64,000 nt of DNA from Syncephalis fuscata S228 (Eukaryota; Fungi; Zoopagomycota). Below are positions 39,026 through 52,200 of this stretch, one piece after another; the stretch's first letter is position 1; the number at the start of each line of letters is the position of its first letter. A model generated the notes under the pieces. The model was not told the DNA's origin. It did no database searches and saw only the letters and a list, made by a program, of their open reading frames with translations. A program made the translations under genes and the position numbers. The stretch covers positions 1 through 64,000 of the forward strand of contig JAHLTZ010000001.1 of NCBI GenBank assembly GCA_025786725.1. Direction: 5' to 3'.

Positions 39026-39767
39026 CTACGATGCTGTATTAGCTGTAGAATTCTTTGTCGCTTCAGCCATAGCTTCAGCACTTGGCAACGAGACACGATG
39101 GCCATCCGGCAATTCAAGCTCAAATCGTTGTGTAGTCCATTTAGACGTCTTACTGCCACGCGTGGATTGGAAATAAACTTTACCATGTCCTAATAAGTAA
39201 ACAATACGCGTTATTATTATTATACAATGATCTAGCCATAGTGATGGCAGTCATAACTATCATTAATGTATTATAATTACCTTGCTGCCCTTCAACAAAA
39301 AAGGCTAAATCTACTTGTCCATGAAGCTGATTTAGTGTGCCTAATACAAATGGACGTGGTAGCCATGCATATTGTTTGCTTAATTGCACATCATCTCCAA
39401 GTAGAGCCACTACAGCCGGATCATGTTGGACAGCAAATAACGCACCCGACATTACTGAACTATTAAGTCGCTGCTGATTAAACGCGAATAACAAGCATAA
39501 GCCCCATACACTTGTGCCTATTAATGTGTAGGCCGCATACCGAGACCACCGACGACCGCGCGGTTCCGGTTCAGGTAATCGAACACTTTCTGTCGGTTTG
39601 TAAGATGCACGAAGATTTTTATGTGCATTCGACGTGACTACCGAACGACGGCATAAAGTACTAGGCAATATAGACTTTTGTGCAAGGTAATTGCTAATAG
39701 TAGGCTGATTTTGCGTCCATAGTGGACGTAATACTTGGCCGCTTCTACCAAGTAATCTTGGCAACAT
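39026..39767 (-). CDS. Coa1-domain mitochondrial inner-membrane protein (cytochrome oxidase assembly)
   Basis: Arg-rich presequence, one TM, NQQRLNSSVM..ALFAV....LLGD, GTLNQLHGQVDLAFFVEG|GHGKVYFQSTR. Confidence 0.75.
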
Positions 39768-40158
39768 GGTCGACGATAAAAATGAAATAGTAATAGTCAA
39801 AAACAACACTAATATTAATTGATACATTGCCATTTTGTTATAACTCAATAATATTTAATACAATTTACATATTTCATTTAAATGGTCTATTAATTAAATT
39901 AATCGTTCATCATAATACTGATACCAATAATGATGCATTATATTGAATTAACATCAATTAGTATATTAAATAAAATAAAAAAGATAATCAATATTGTATC
40001 TTAACTAGTAAACTAGGCAAAGATTGTGTTTATTCAATATTATAATTATGCATAGCATAAATTCACGTTATTACAAGTGGGCCATCGCATCAGCTACTAC
40101 AACTACAGTAGCAACAACAACAACAACAACGACATAAGCAAGTGTTATTTACCAACGG

Positions 40159-41719
40159 CTAGCGTCGATTCATTTCAATTACTGTGTGATTGTTGTACTC
40201 ATCTGGATAGTAATTGTTCTGGATGAGTTCTTGTTCACTAGTGACTGCACTGGGCGGTCGTTTAAATGTGATATCTCTACTATGCATTTCAGAATCATTA
40301 ATATCGTTAACCGTCTGATCGGTATCTGGTTGGGCATTTCTACGTAATTTACGTAAATCACCAAAGTCTTCGGTGTGCTCGAATTTGCGGTTGTGATACA
40401 TGTCACGTTCAGGTAAGAAACGCAACATCAACAGCTCGACAATAATCGATGCCACCTTAAGCAAAGCAATGGCCGATACAAGATTAACCATAAGTGTAAG
40501 AGGGTCAAAATGGCCAATAGTTCCTGTTTGTTGAAATACCACTTTAACACCGTGCCGATTAATCTCGGTCACTGTGTTATCGGGGTTTCTAATGACCTCA
40601 AGAACCTTATACTCAGCACCAGGAATAACCGAGGGCCAATAGCTATATTTAAGTTCGTTACCGGTACCAATACGGTTTTGATAATCAATAACCACTACGA
40701 TAACGGCACCGGAGCTGCGCTGCGACTCTCCTGCAGCTCTATTGGCACCGGGTGCATAAGAAGGAGCTATCAATAAAAGACGACAGAGTTAGAAATGACC
40801 AGTTATCGTATAATATTTTCTCTAGCTTACCATCCAATGTTAGCCTTGAAGCTTCCATAAGCTCGCCAAATGTGACGACGTCGCCATCAACGTCAGGAGC
40901 TCCAGTTCCGTTATAAAAATGTCTGACAACATTTGATTTATCGCCGATAGTGCTACTTTTGTATAACGTGCCTTTAAGCAATCCAGAGCGTGTAGACACA
41001 TCGGTTACTTTGCCACGAATTGAGTGCTCAATCATTAACTATATACGCAATATAGGTTAGTATAACTAACTTGTGCTAGGCGTTACTTACTGTGTAATTC
41101 TCAACATCGGCTACATAGCTGATACTAGTAGCGTTCTTGGTACCACGTGTGTACATGCATTCGGGTCTTGATGGCAGACCTGAATCACAGCCTGGTGGCG
41201 GTGTGTATATAGTGCGTGAAATACGTGTAGTAATAAATACTTCACGGTCATTGCCTTGTGGAAATATAATCTGGTTAGCTGCCAAATACGTACAGCCTAA
41301 TGTTAAACGACAATAGTCTGGCGTGGTAACTCCATTTACTGGCTCTTTAAGTGATAGACGAATAGAGCCTATATACACAAATACACATAGATAAATATAC
41401 AAATATTGGACAATTAATCGCTTAATCTTAATATAGGTATCTATAACCTACCAGGTACAGGTGCTTCTTTAATGTTATACTTTTGATCTGTTATAATATT
41501 GTAAATAACAAACCCGAATATAGCAATATTGAAGAACCAGTATAAACCGCCAAGACGACGATCACGTACGTGAACCACCTTGAATGTATCATAGCTAAGA
41601 ACACAGAGAAATACAGGTATTATATTTTAATACAACTATTTGGCGGTGTTATGCCATACTTACGCAAAAAGGTCGTCGAAATCAATCGCGTTGTATTTAC
41701 TTCTTAGCCAGCCGGCCAT
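40159..41719 (-). CDS. P2X receptor-like ATP-gated cation channel, paralog B
   Basis: MAGWLRSKYNAIDFDDLFA|YDTFKVVHVRDRRLGGLY, TM1, FITTRI, YVADVENYT-LMIEHS, RSSGAVIVVVIDYQN, RHGVKVVFQQTGTIGHFD, TM2, YHNRKFE. Confidence 0.9.
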
Positions 41720-42224
41720 TGTAAATTCAGTTACTTTAAGTTTACTAGCAAGCAATGGATGAAGAAATATGAAAGCGTATAAAGAAGATGTGAAGAAGAA
41801 GGACTAAAGATGGAGATGACTGTACCGACGAACCAGCGTTGGTAAATAAGAAAATGCTGTTTTGTTTAAGGGGAAGTGCGCAATAAGTAAAAGGCCCGTA
41901 AATAAAGTCGACCGTATCTAACGACAACTAACTATAGCTTCTTACAAAAAGGCGGAACGAGAAGAAAAAGTGCCGAGTTCATAAAAATATAGACTGCTTC
42001 TTGTTTTGTATTCTAAAGCTACTTTCGCTACTTATGCCAGGCGTATTAATAACTCAGACGAGGGCAATTTACATACAATGGTTTGGAATCACGAATTTGG
42101 CAGTGTATACAATCGGAGTCTGTGTTGATTAGTAGTCCAATGATCACACCCACAACGTGGAAGACTTGTTTAATCAATCGGTCTGGTAAATATGTCTGAG
42201 GCAACGTTTCCACTTTGTTAGACA

Positions 42225-43399
42225 ATGTCAGATTATAGTGCTATTAAAAGCAGCCGCCTTTCTTTTAAAGGAGAAAAAAGGTATTATATCCGCACGTTGC
42301 ATGAGGCGGCCTTGGACAGAATCTTGGCTAATACAAGCATGTATTTTTATTGGTTAGAAAGAAAAAGACGAAAAGTAAATCCCATGTAGATCAGTCAAAA
42401 GACAAAGTTTTAGAATCTACAGCAGATCGACGCGATCTTACTGCTCGTGGTGTGTATTGACTAGGCTAACCAAAGACTTTTACTCTATTTGTTACTGACC
42501 AGTCTATGATTAGGCTGGACGACCGTTGTTGACCGTAATGATTTGAATGGGCCACTATTTTTTCTTTATAATACAGCGCCTCTTCGTTGTTTGGCAGTGA
42601 CCGAGGAAACACACAAGTTATACTTTTCGCTTATTGGCGAAGAACCGGAATCAGTATTGCTTAAGGAAGCCGAACCGCAAGATATATTACAGGTATTTGT
42701 AGCGCGTCAGATTACCGCCGGTGGCGGTGGATATACACTACGTTCAGCTACAGGTCATTATCTATCAGCCGACAAGTTCGGTGTGGTTACCTGTCTAAAA
42801 GAGGCGGCCGGCCCCACAGAAGAATGGCAACCGGTTCTACGTGAGGACGGCATAGCCTGGCAAAGTATCTATGGAAAATTTCTTAGCATTGAAATAGATG
42901 AAAATCAAACTACAACACAGAAAGAAGCGGATAATACCAATAAAGAGCTAGTGGCAACAACAACAACAGCAGCATTAGTAGCAGCAGCAGCAGCAACAAC
43001 AGCAACAGCTGCTGCGCCAACTGGTCGTGGCAAGTATTCTGGTCCACGTGTACGTGCTGATGCCGAAAATATTACTTTTCGTGAAGTATTCTGTGTCAAG
43101 CATCAAGCTGATACAGCAAATGACCGAAAACGGACAGCTAGCAATAAGGAGACAACGGGTATCGATGAGGAGGCGTATGAGTTGCAGCAGCTGTAAGTGT
43201 TTATTGGTCCGTAATATTACGTTAGAAACTAATGAAACTTGGCTACAGTAAACGTTTTCAAAGTGGCAGTGGCGTACAATTAGCACATGCCACACATGAG
43301 GATAAACGAGTATTGAAAAAAGCCAAACGCCAAGGACAATTAGCGCAAGCATTATTGGATAGGCGAGAGAAGACAAAAGCTGACCGTTACTGCAAATAA
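42225..43399 (+). CDS. FRG1: FRG1-like protein (fascin-like beta-trefoil)
   Basis: LSFKGEK, LRSATGHYLSADKFGVV..KEAAGPTEEWQPV, C-terminal LLDRREKTKADRYCK*. Confidence 0.9.
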
Positions 43400-43528
43400 A
43401 TGCATTGTTTATAGAATAAATACATGTGTATATGTGTATATATGTATATGTGTGTGTAATTTGAATGATGTATTTATAGCTAATGTTTTTAATAATTCAA
43501 TAGAACATTTTTGGCAAGATTACGACAA

Positions 43529-44308
43529 TTATGAAGATGTTGTCGCGGGTGTTGATGCACGTTCAGATGAAAGTGGTGTTTGAGCAAATGTTGTTTCAGA
43601 CAGTAAGAAATCAGTATTTTTGGTCATCGTCTTAAACTCTAAGGCACGTCTTTCCACAAACTGTTCACGGCGATGGCGTTTCAGCGCGCGTTCATGCATA
43701 AGATGCCGTTCGCGAAGTACGGTCAAAATACGGGCCATAGATTTACGACACTAAACATAAAATACAAAATATTAGTAACATGTTAAATAAATAGCTATTT
43801 TATGTATTTACCTTCACTTCGCGGCCAAAATTATTAAATTGTTGGGGCATAATACCATAACGCTTTGCTTCGGCCCATTGGCTAGAGAGTAGATTGCGTT
43901 CTTTTAATAGAACATACCATAGCTTATGAAGATCGTCAAAGCTTTTCTGTCGAAGTTCTGACGCGCGCCATGCTCTTCCTATAACACGATTGATAGTTGC
44001 ATGTATATACCACAATAAATATAATGCTATTTGTAAATCGTACCACTACTACCACTACTGCTACTCTTACCTGTATAGGCTGATTCTTTAGGTAATGCTT
44101 TTCCGTCTTCGAAAAAGTCCAATAAACCGTGGCGTTTGTCTGTTTTATCGGTGCCGCTACTAGCCGCAACTAATCGTGGCTTGCCAGCAGGTGCATTCAA
44201 TGTTGCCGGTGTAGTAGAGAATAACGCGGCAAAAGGACGAGCAAGTCCTTCGCCAATCGTACGTCGAATAAGACCAAAGCGCGTCAGTCGCTGTGTCCAC
44301 AGTGACAT
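43529..44308 (-). CDS. MRPL4: Mitochondrial ribosomal protein uL29m (MRPL4/MRPL47)
   Basis: [53 protein letters not shown]. Confidence 0.93.
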
Positions 44309-44500
44309 GATCAAACTATGTTTATCGCTATGGCTTATATATAAAATAAAGACGGGTGGTTAAGAAGAAAAGATAAGTAAAATAAAAATTAATATAGCAC
44401 ACACACACACACAATTAGTCAATGTTATGAAATACGAATAGTTTATTATGAATTGATTTGTAAAAGTATACGAGAAATCATCCATTCGTAAATTGGTTAC

Positions 44501-46587
44501 TTAATGCCTATTCATTGTTCAAATGTTGTTAAACAGTTTCATTTACTATTTAATAATACTTACCAAGCATTTGCCATATACTTTTGTACGGCCAATAGTG
44601 CATGGTAGCGCACATCGTTATCTTCACTGGCCATCAATGTCATAATACGTTGCTTTGCGCCAATATCTTGTACGATACTTTAAATATCAATAATATACGC
44701 AATACAAGGTTAACTAAATTGTTCTACACTATTTATAGATAATTACCGTTTGCCTTGTGGGAAATGCTTAATATACTGACCAATATCATGCACGGTCACA
44801 GACAATACCGTTGGATTAGTGGCAGTTTCTAGCAATCTTGCTAATGACCTATAAATATATTATTATTATTATTATTATTAACGTTATTTTTAATATTAAT
44901 TAATTAATTATAATCTTACTTAAGATAAGCATAGTCATTATCATTGAATCTTTGTACATTTTCTTGCCAAAATGCTTCAGAGGTATGTACCGGTGTCCAA
45001 TCAAGCCGTTCTGTCTCAAGCTCCGTGACATAAGCATCAAATGAGCTATTGACATTGCAAGTTAGTTAGTTAAAATAATACTAATGTACACTAAATACCT
45101 TAGATTTTGGAATTCCAACTGCAACTGATCACAGACTTCCTTTAAATCTTCATAAATATCAGCATCTTGGAATTTTCGTGATGCTAACTGTTCACAGCAT
45201 GGCAGTAAACGATGCACCAGCATGGATGCAACATTCTGGGCCAAAGCTTTTTCTACTAGATTCTGTAGCTTGATGAATAAATAGAAATATAAAAAGAACT
45301 AAAAGTAACTTACTTTAAATGTAGCCACACATACACGAATAACTTTTTCTTTAATAGCGCTTTTAGCAATATTGATCAAAGGAGCAATAATGTCATAATA
45401 TCTAATTAAAAATCAGAAATTAATTAATTAAAACACTTTTACCGTATACAATACTTACCGGTCAATAGTCTCGGCAATATGGACATCAAATGTCAATAGC
45501 CAGACACAAACTACAATTTGATATTGCATTTGTGGGTTATTATCATTTCGTCGCAAATGATCGACCAATCTAGTTAATACAGTCAGCTTATGATGTAATA
45601 TTGTAAATAAATAGTATTATACTTACGCCGATACACCATGAGGTGTATTATCAAACAATGGACGGAATGACGGTCGACGCAAAAGCGATGCTAGCAATTG
45701 AGCGGCAATGTCCGTTACACTGGCATTTCGGGATGTTTTTATTTTATTAATAATCCAATTGCTTAACACTAGTAAGTCCTGCTCGGATAAATAGCCAGAC
45801 GAGCTAATAGTATATATACATATATATAGAGTTAATATTAATAAATAACTGTATTATCTTAATTCGCTTACCAAACTAAAAATGTCAGGATTTTGGCTGC
45901 TTTCATTGATAAATATTCGTCATCCTTCGATAGACAGCTATACAAATGTAATTAATACCATATAATTAACGCTTATGGTTTCACTACCTAAGTAGAGGCA
46001 CATAAGGCAAGCTTGGCTCTTGTTTACTTAGATTTGTAAACAATTGGGCCCGTCGTGGATCATCTACAAATGAATAGACATATTAATGGCCAAATCTATA
46101 ATGTGATGTGATTACAGCCAGCCAATGCAACCTACCACCAATCATATCATCAATCAATACAAGTATATGTTGAATTGTATCAACGCGCACCAATTTCTGA
46201 AGCAATGATATGAATAAAGAGGCATAACGTGGATCATCCTATAATAGATATGTATAGATATAAGTATATCTATTTTATCCAATATGACTAGCTATTTTAA
46301 CTAGACCAATTACCTCTGGTGCCCGTTTTTCATAACAAAGAAGTAGTCCTAGTTCTGCCTCTGAAATGAGCGAGGCGCGTTGATAGCCCTGCATAGTGAT
46401 GTGTTAATAGCCTGTGACGATATTCGTGTCGGCACATAGAACAACGACTACGTACCTCCCAGGGAACAGGACGGGTTCGAATGCGGTTTGTAGAGTCATC
46501 CAAATAAGCATTGGTTACAAATGGTGTCTGTAGGTTAAATTCCTGAGACAGAGGGCTCATGGGCGTGGCTTGTACAGCAGTGGCCAT
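44501..46587 (-). CDS. VMA13: V-type ATPase subunit H
   Basis: IRTRPVPWE-GYQRA, QMQYQIVVCVWLLTF, IKEKVIRVCVATFKN, LDWTPVHTSEAFWQEN, HDIGQYIKHFP.G, VRYHALLAVQK. Confidence 0.95.
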
Positions 46588-47400
46588 CGCGGCTATAGAA
46601 GATGGCTTTCGAAGTGTTTGTATAATATACTACACTACAACCTACTGCTATGCTGGCTGATAACAAAAAAACGTATAATACTTTGACACTAGTGTTCAAC
46701 AGTGGTGATTGAGTGATAGTAGTGTTAATTTGTGTGTGCGTTCAAGTAACAGCTGACAGGTCAATTGAGATAGATAGATAGATAGATAGAAAGATAGAGT
46801 GAAAGAGAGAGAAAGAGACAGAGCGGTAAACCACCACCAATAAATATAGACAGACAGTGTAAAGAAAGTATCAAATTATGACGACACCACTCTTCGTTCT
46901 AGTAACCATAATCTACCATATGATATGTCGGCTGATCTCTAAGAATATTCGTGGCCTATCAATGCAAATATCTATCCATGTACACCAAGAGATCTAATAT
47001 TATATTTGGATTTTTTATCAATTGAAATGCAAATACAATTACAAATGCTAATAATACCGATAATACCGATACAAATAACAACGATATGTTAATAATGGTA
47101 ATAAGCAATTTAATTAATTAATGAAATAGTTAAATAAATAAATAGAGCACGATTATAATTACAGCACCCCTTTTCTACGGAACGACCACACATGCACTTT
47201 TACAAGTACATCTTTCTCGACTCTTCCTATTTTTCAATTGTATTCCAGGCTTTAGTTACGTGCTGGATTCTTTACATCAGCACGAGAGGCCCTTTAACCT
47301 AGTCAAATTTGCCTGTCATCCGTGTTTTAATAACCATTGATATTGTGGCTATTATTGTATACTGATTCGTTGACGTTACCCGTCAATACCATTTGATACT

Positions 47401-49089
47401 ATGGACAAATATCAGGCAAGGATGACACTTGACTGATGGGTAATTGAACAGCTGACATTGGACTTGATAAGTAGAAGATAGAGAAACTAGGAGAAGGTAT
47501 GTTTTAGTGGCTGAATTCATCCAAGTACTGACACGCGGTGTGGTGGTGGCTACTACTTAGGCACATATGGCATTGTATACAAGTCACTTAACCGAGAAAC
47601 CAATGAAATCGTTGCACTTAAACGCATTCGTTTGGATAATGAAGAGGAAGGAGTAAGTGTAGATAGCTGTATCGTATACACTATTTGTAAATGAAATGTT
47701 ACATCTAAATAACTATTAATCAATTGACTAGGTGCCATGTACGGCGATACGTGAAATCTCTTTGTTAAAAGAATTGGTGCATCCAAATATTGTTCGGTAA
47801 AGATTCGTAACAATTATTATTTGACACAATTGTAATGAATTTAATACAATCATACTATACGCTAGCTTGCATGATGTACTTCATACCGATCGCAAATTAA
47901 CACTGGTGTTTGAATACATGGACTCTGATTTGAAAAAGTATCTTGATGCAAATGGTGGCGATATTGATCTAGCAACCATACAGGTAAGTAGCTATTTTGC
48001 TTACTAAATGGACATATGATAATTAACTATGGTATAATATACTATATTATTAGAACTTGCTTTACCAATTATTACAAGGCATTGCATTTTGTCATACGCA
48101 GCGTGTATTACACCGAGTAAGATATAACAAGTAGATAGTGAGTGACTAGTTATAATAATTAATGGCCAATCTAGGATTTAAAGCCGCAAAACCTACTCAT
48201 TAACAAAGTAATCTCTACTGTAAATAATATAATATACAGTATAATAATACTAATAACATCTATTTATAGAAAGGAGAGTTGAAACTTGGTGATTTTGGTC
48301 TTGCTCGTGCTTTTGGCATTCCTGTTAGAAGCTATTCACACGAAGTGGTCACGCTATGGTATCGACCACCTGATGTACTTATGGGCTCACGACAATACTC
48401 CACAAGTATTGACTTGTGGTCTATTGGCTGCATATTTGCCGGTAATATACAGATGGTAGACAAACAATGACTAATATTAATGATTTGTATTTGTATTTAC
48501 CAATAGAAATGGTATCAGGCCGCCCACTCTTTCCGGGTAATTCGGTGCAAGATCAATTATTACGTATTTTCAAATATCCTTTAATCATGTTTATGACAAA
48601 TTACAACAATTGTATAATTACCTTAACACTAACTGGTCGAGTACAATGCTAGGCACGCCGAATGAAAGCACATGGCCTAACATCACACAATTGCCCACTT
48701 ATCGCGTAAGCTATTTAATTGCTTGCGAGAATAATAGACTAATTGCTATTACTATTATTATTGGTATAGGCGGATTTTCCTGTTCATTCTCGTATTTCAT
48801 TAGAGCGTCTTCTCCCTAAACTAAATCCTACGGGTATTGATTTACTTAACGTAAGCAATCATTTATTAATTGATAAATTATTTATTAATATGTCAATATT
48901 TAATTAGTGTTTATTGGAATTTCAACCTGAAAAACGAATTAGTGCACGCGATGCGTTACAACGTAAGTATATAAACTGTATTAAATGTTTATACTTGTAT
49001 TTACCCATGTGTCTAACAACTATTTCCTAGATCCATTCTTTGAAGAAATGATGATAAACCAAAAAGCCTCTGGGCCATCTACAACTTGA
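47401..49089 (+). CDS. PHO85/CDK5-family cyclin-dependent kinase (PCTAIRE helix)
   Basis: MDKYQ|KIEKLGEG|[17 protein letters not shown]|[17 protein letters not shown]|[43 protein letters not shown]. Confidence 0.95.
47416..47474 (+). other. GC-AG intron (intron 1 of the CDK)
   Basis: CAG|GCAAGG...TAG|AAGATAGAG; removal yields [13 protein letters not shown]. Confidence 0.8.
48574..48644 (+). other. U12-type AT-AC intron in CDK5/PHO85-like gene
   Basis: 5' ATATCCTTT, branch ACCTTAAC at 48620-48627, 3' ...GTAC. Removal yields RIF-AA|A-ATG = RIFKMLGTP. Confidence 0.92.
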
Positions 49090-49221
49090 TAATAAATTTG
49101 GTTTAATAGTTAATTGCATTGAATGGGAAATATAGCTTAATAATCACTTATAAATCAACGCTTTATTATTACTAAACGAACAAATTACTTTTATTATTTA
49201 ATTAATCGTTGGATATTCAAC

Positions 49222-52200
49222 TTAATTATGATTGTATGATTGTTCCATACGAATAGCCATTCGTGTTAGAACATCGGTGCCATCGGTTGTGGGTCGGCCC
49301 ATTGATTTACGAGGCGCTTTACCCTTACTAGTGGTACGGGCTACTTGTGGAGCCATAGGCGGCGCTATATCGGGTAAACGAGCATTCTGCGGCACTATTC
49401 GCGGCGAAGCACTTGGTGATCGGGGATTGCGTCGAGGTGACCTTGGTATTGAACCAAAACTAGGGGAACGGGAGCCAGATCGCGAGGAACGAGTAGGTGA
49501 AGTAGCATTGAAGCCGGGTGATGTAGGCATAGTCGGCAATGTTGATGCCGGTAATCGGACCGGGTAAAGTGGCGAAGCAGCTGATTCATTTTGATCTGAA
49601 GTTATTGGCACTAATTTATGTAATAAGGCTCCATGTGCTATTTATTTTATTAGTATTGGTACTTTCATTGAATAGTTAATTAATTAATTAACCACTTACT
49701 TGATAAAAATCTATTCGTTAATAAATAATAATAATGATAATATTATTAACACAGTCTATAGAATATTTAACAATTGCTTACCTTGATAGTTCGACCCAAC
49801 CACCGCCTACACGCACCATGACCATTCGGTCGTTAAGCATACGACAGAATATGGCTTTTGGTTCAATATCGCCAATAAGATAGCGACCAGCCTGTGTGCG
49901 TTCAAGTTTAATTTGCATACCGTAATCGTTGATGATACTAGCAACACGAACATCCAATTTATCCGATTTATCAGGTACGTAAGCATTCGGCGAAGGATGT
50001 ACCAGCATTGGTCGCACCCATTTGAAGCCAGAACGCGAACCCACAGGTGATTTATCGCTGTTTGAATTGGCACTTGATGAACGACGGCGATGTCGAGTAC
50101 CGGTAAGTGAGGCACGGCGTTGACTTTGATCAGGTACTGGAATATTAGACGTTGGTGGAGCCGTAGACGTATCGGTAGAAACGGTTTCTTCGGCAATTTC
50201 TGGTAAAGTTTCGGTAATAAGTGATGGTTTGCATATAAGTTTCTTACGCAATGCTTCTAATTCATTTGCGGCAAACGAACGCGTCTCACGCCATTGCTTC
50301 TCGAACTTGCTTAATTCCTCAGAAGCAACACGCCCATTAATCGATACGGCCAATGAACTGACGTTTGTTAAACGATTGGGTATTTCCGTTTCTGCTTCTG
50401 TCAATTCGATAGATAGTCGATGAATAAGATTTTCAATCTCATCTATATTCGTGGTTGAAGCTGCCTCTATAATACATTCATCGACTTCGTTTAGTAGATG
50501 ATTCAACTGGCCATCCATATCAAGCATTTCTTCATGGAATTGTTCAATTAACTCGGCATCTCGAATTTTTGCTAGAATAAGTACTTCGAGTTGTTCTAAT
50601 TGTTCTAGTACGGCATTGCCTTCCTCTTGGAAACTAGCGGCATCCACATCAATGCTGATTGAGCTAATTAAGTTGCTTAAATGTTTAGCTTGATCTTTTA
50701 CTTGATTGTGAATGTCATGAAGTTGTTCAAGCATTAAATCTTCACTGTGAACGGCGCTTAGCATCGCTTCGTGCAGTTCGTTGACCCGCGATGCAATTGA
50801 TGAAATGTTACGTGAATAATCAAGACGCTGCTGATTAATTTGATCTTCAGCACGTAATACTTCTAAATCTGCTTTTAGCGTGTTCCACGCCGCCATTAAT
50901 TGCGTATAGTTCATATTAACTCGCATACGGAAACGGTCTAGACCGGCCAATTCGCTGGCCATTACAAAATCACTTCGACTGTAATCATCAATACTCTCGC
51001 ACAATGCACTACAGTCATCAGCGGTAATACGCATAATTTCCGAGCCAACCTTCATTAATTCCGGCTCTTTTACATTATTGTTGGTATATTGGCCATCCAC
51101 CGGCAATGAGCTACGCGCCTTGTCAATACGGTGCATTACACCGGCATAAAAGGTAATCATTTCGCGATAACGCCCAAGCATAGTGTCAAGATTACGGCCA
51201 AGGTCAATGGCGCTGCGTACGTCGTCCCGCGCTCGTTCTGCTTCGCCTAATATCTTTTCGATATTAGTATGGCCTTTAAATCCATCTGCGCACATTGTTT
51301 GCAGTTTTTCAAAGCCACATTCGATCTCTTGAATTGTTGCATTGATATGTTCAGCCGACAATGATTCCGATTCATTAGATATATCGTTATCCGCATTATC
51401 GTCGTCTACTAGTGCTAAAGCAAGTCGCTTCTCACGTTCTGCCGTATGTTCACGGTAGATGGCCAAACAATTTTGTACGTAGCGACGGCATTCGTCCATA
51501 GCAAAACTGGCCCGTTTTGTACGATAGGCATCTTCTTTAGCTTGAGCAAATGCGGATCGAGCTAGTAATAAATCTTCTGTTAAATCAATTTTGCGAATAT
51601 TAAGCATATCTAGAATATCTTCATTGAAATCGTCGTCAATCTCTGCATCATCATCAGTAGCACTACTAAAAGTCAGTTTCTTCAAATCAATGTCGATACT
51701 ATCAAGTTGGCCTTCAATCTCTTGAATAACTGCGCCTAATGCTTCCGGCACAAATTGTGATATTGCGGTCATATTCTCTTTGACAGCATTGATACGTGAT
51801 TGCATTTGATTAAGCTGTGCATCACCGACAAAATATCGATCACATGCCTCCAGTCGGCCCGTAACACGTCCAGCCAATTCACGGGATCGTAAAAGTTCAT
51901 TGGCCACAGCAGGTGGAATGCTATCAGGCAGTGTTTGTTGTAGCATACCAATAACATCTGCTACAGCTGTTTTAATTAATTCAATACGAGGTGCTTCAAG
52001 TGATTTGCCAACACCAAGCATATCATCCAAATCAGCCTCCGATTTTTCTAAACTTTCGCCAATTGATTGGACTGCTTCAGTAATGCTAATAAGTCCGGTA
52101 AGTTCACTTGATAATTGTCGACACAGCTCTTCTTCTTCGGATAGACGATTTAATAGCACGGATATGGATTCTTCAAGCATTTCACAATCCTCAATCAGTT

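Noticed and set aside
5373-46587. Apparent clustering of endomembrane genes (BRO1, epsin, VMA13, P2X)
   Set aside because: Interspersed with unrelated housekeeping genes; no evidence of a functional cluster.
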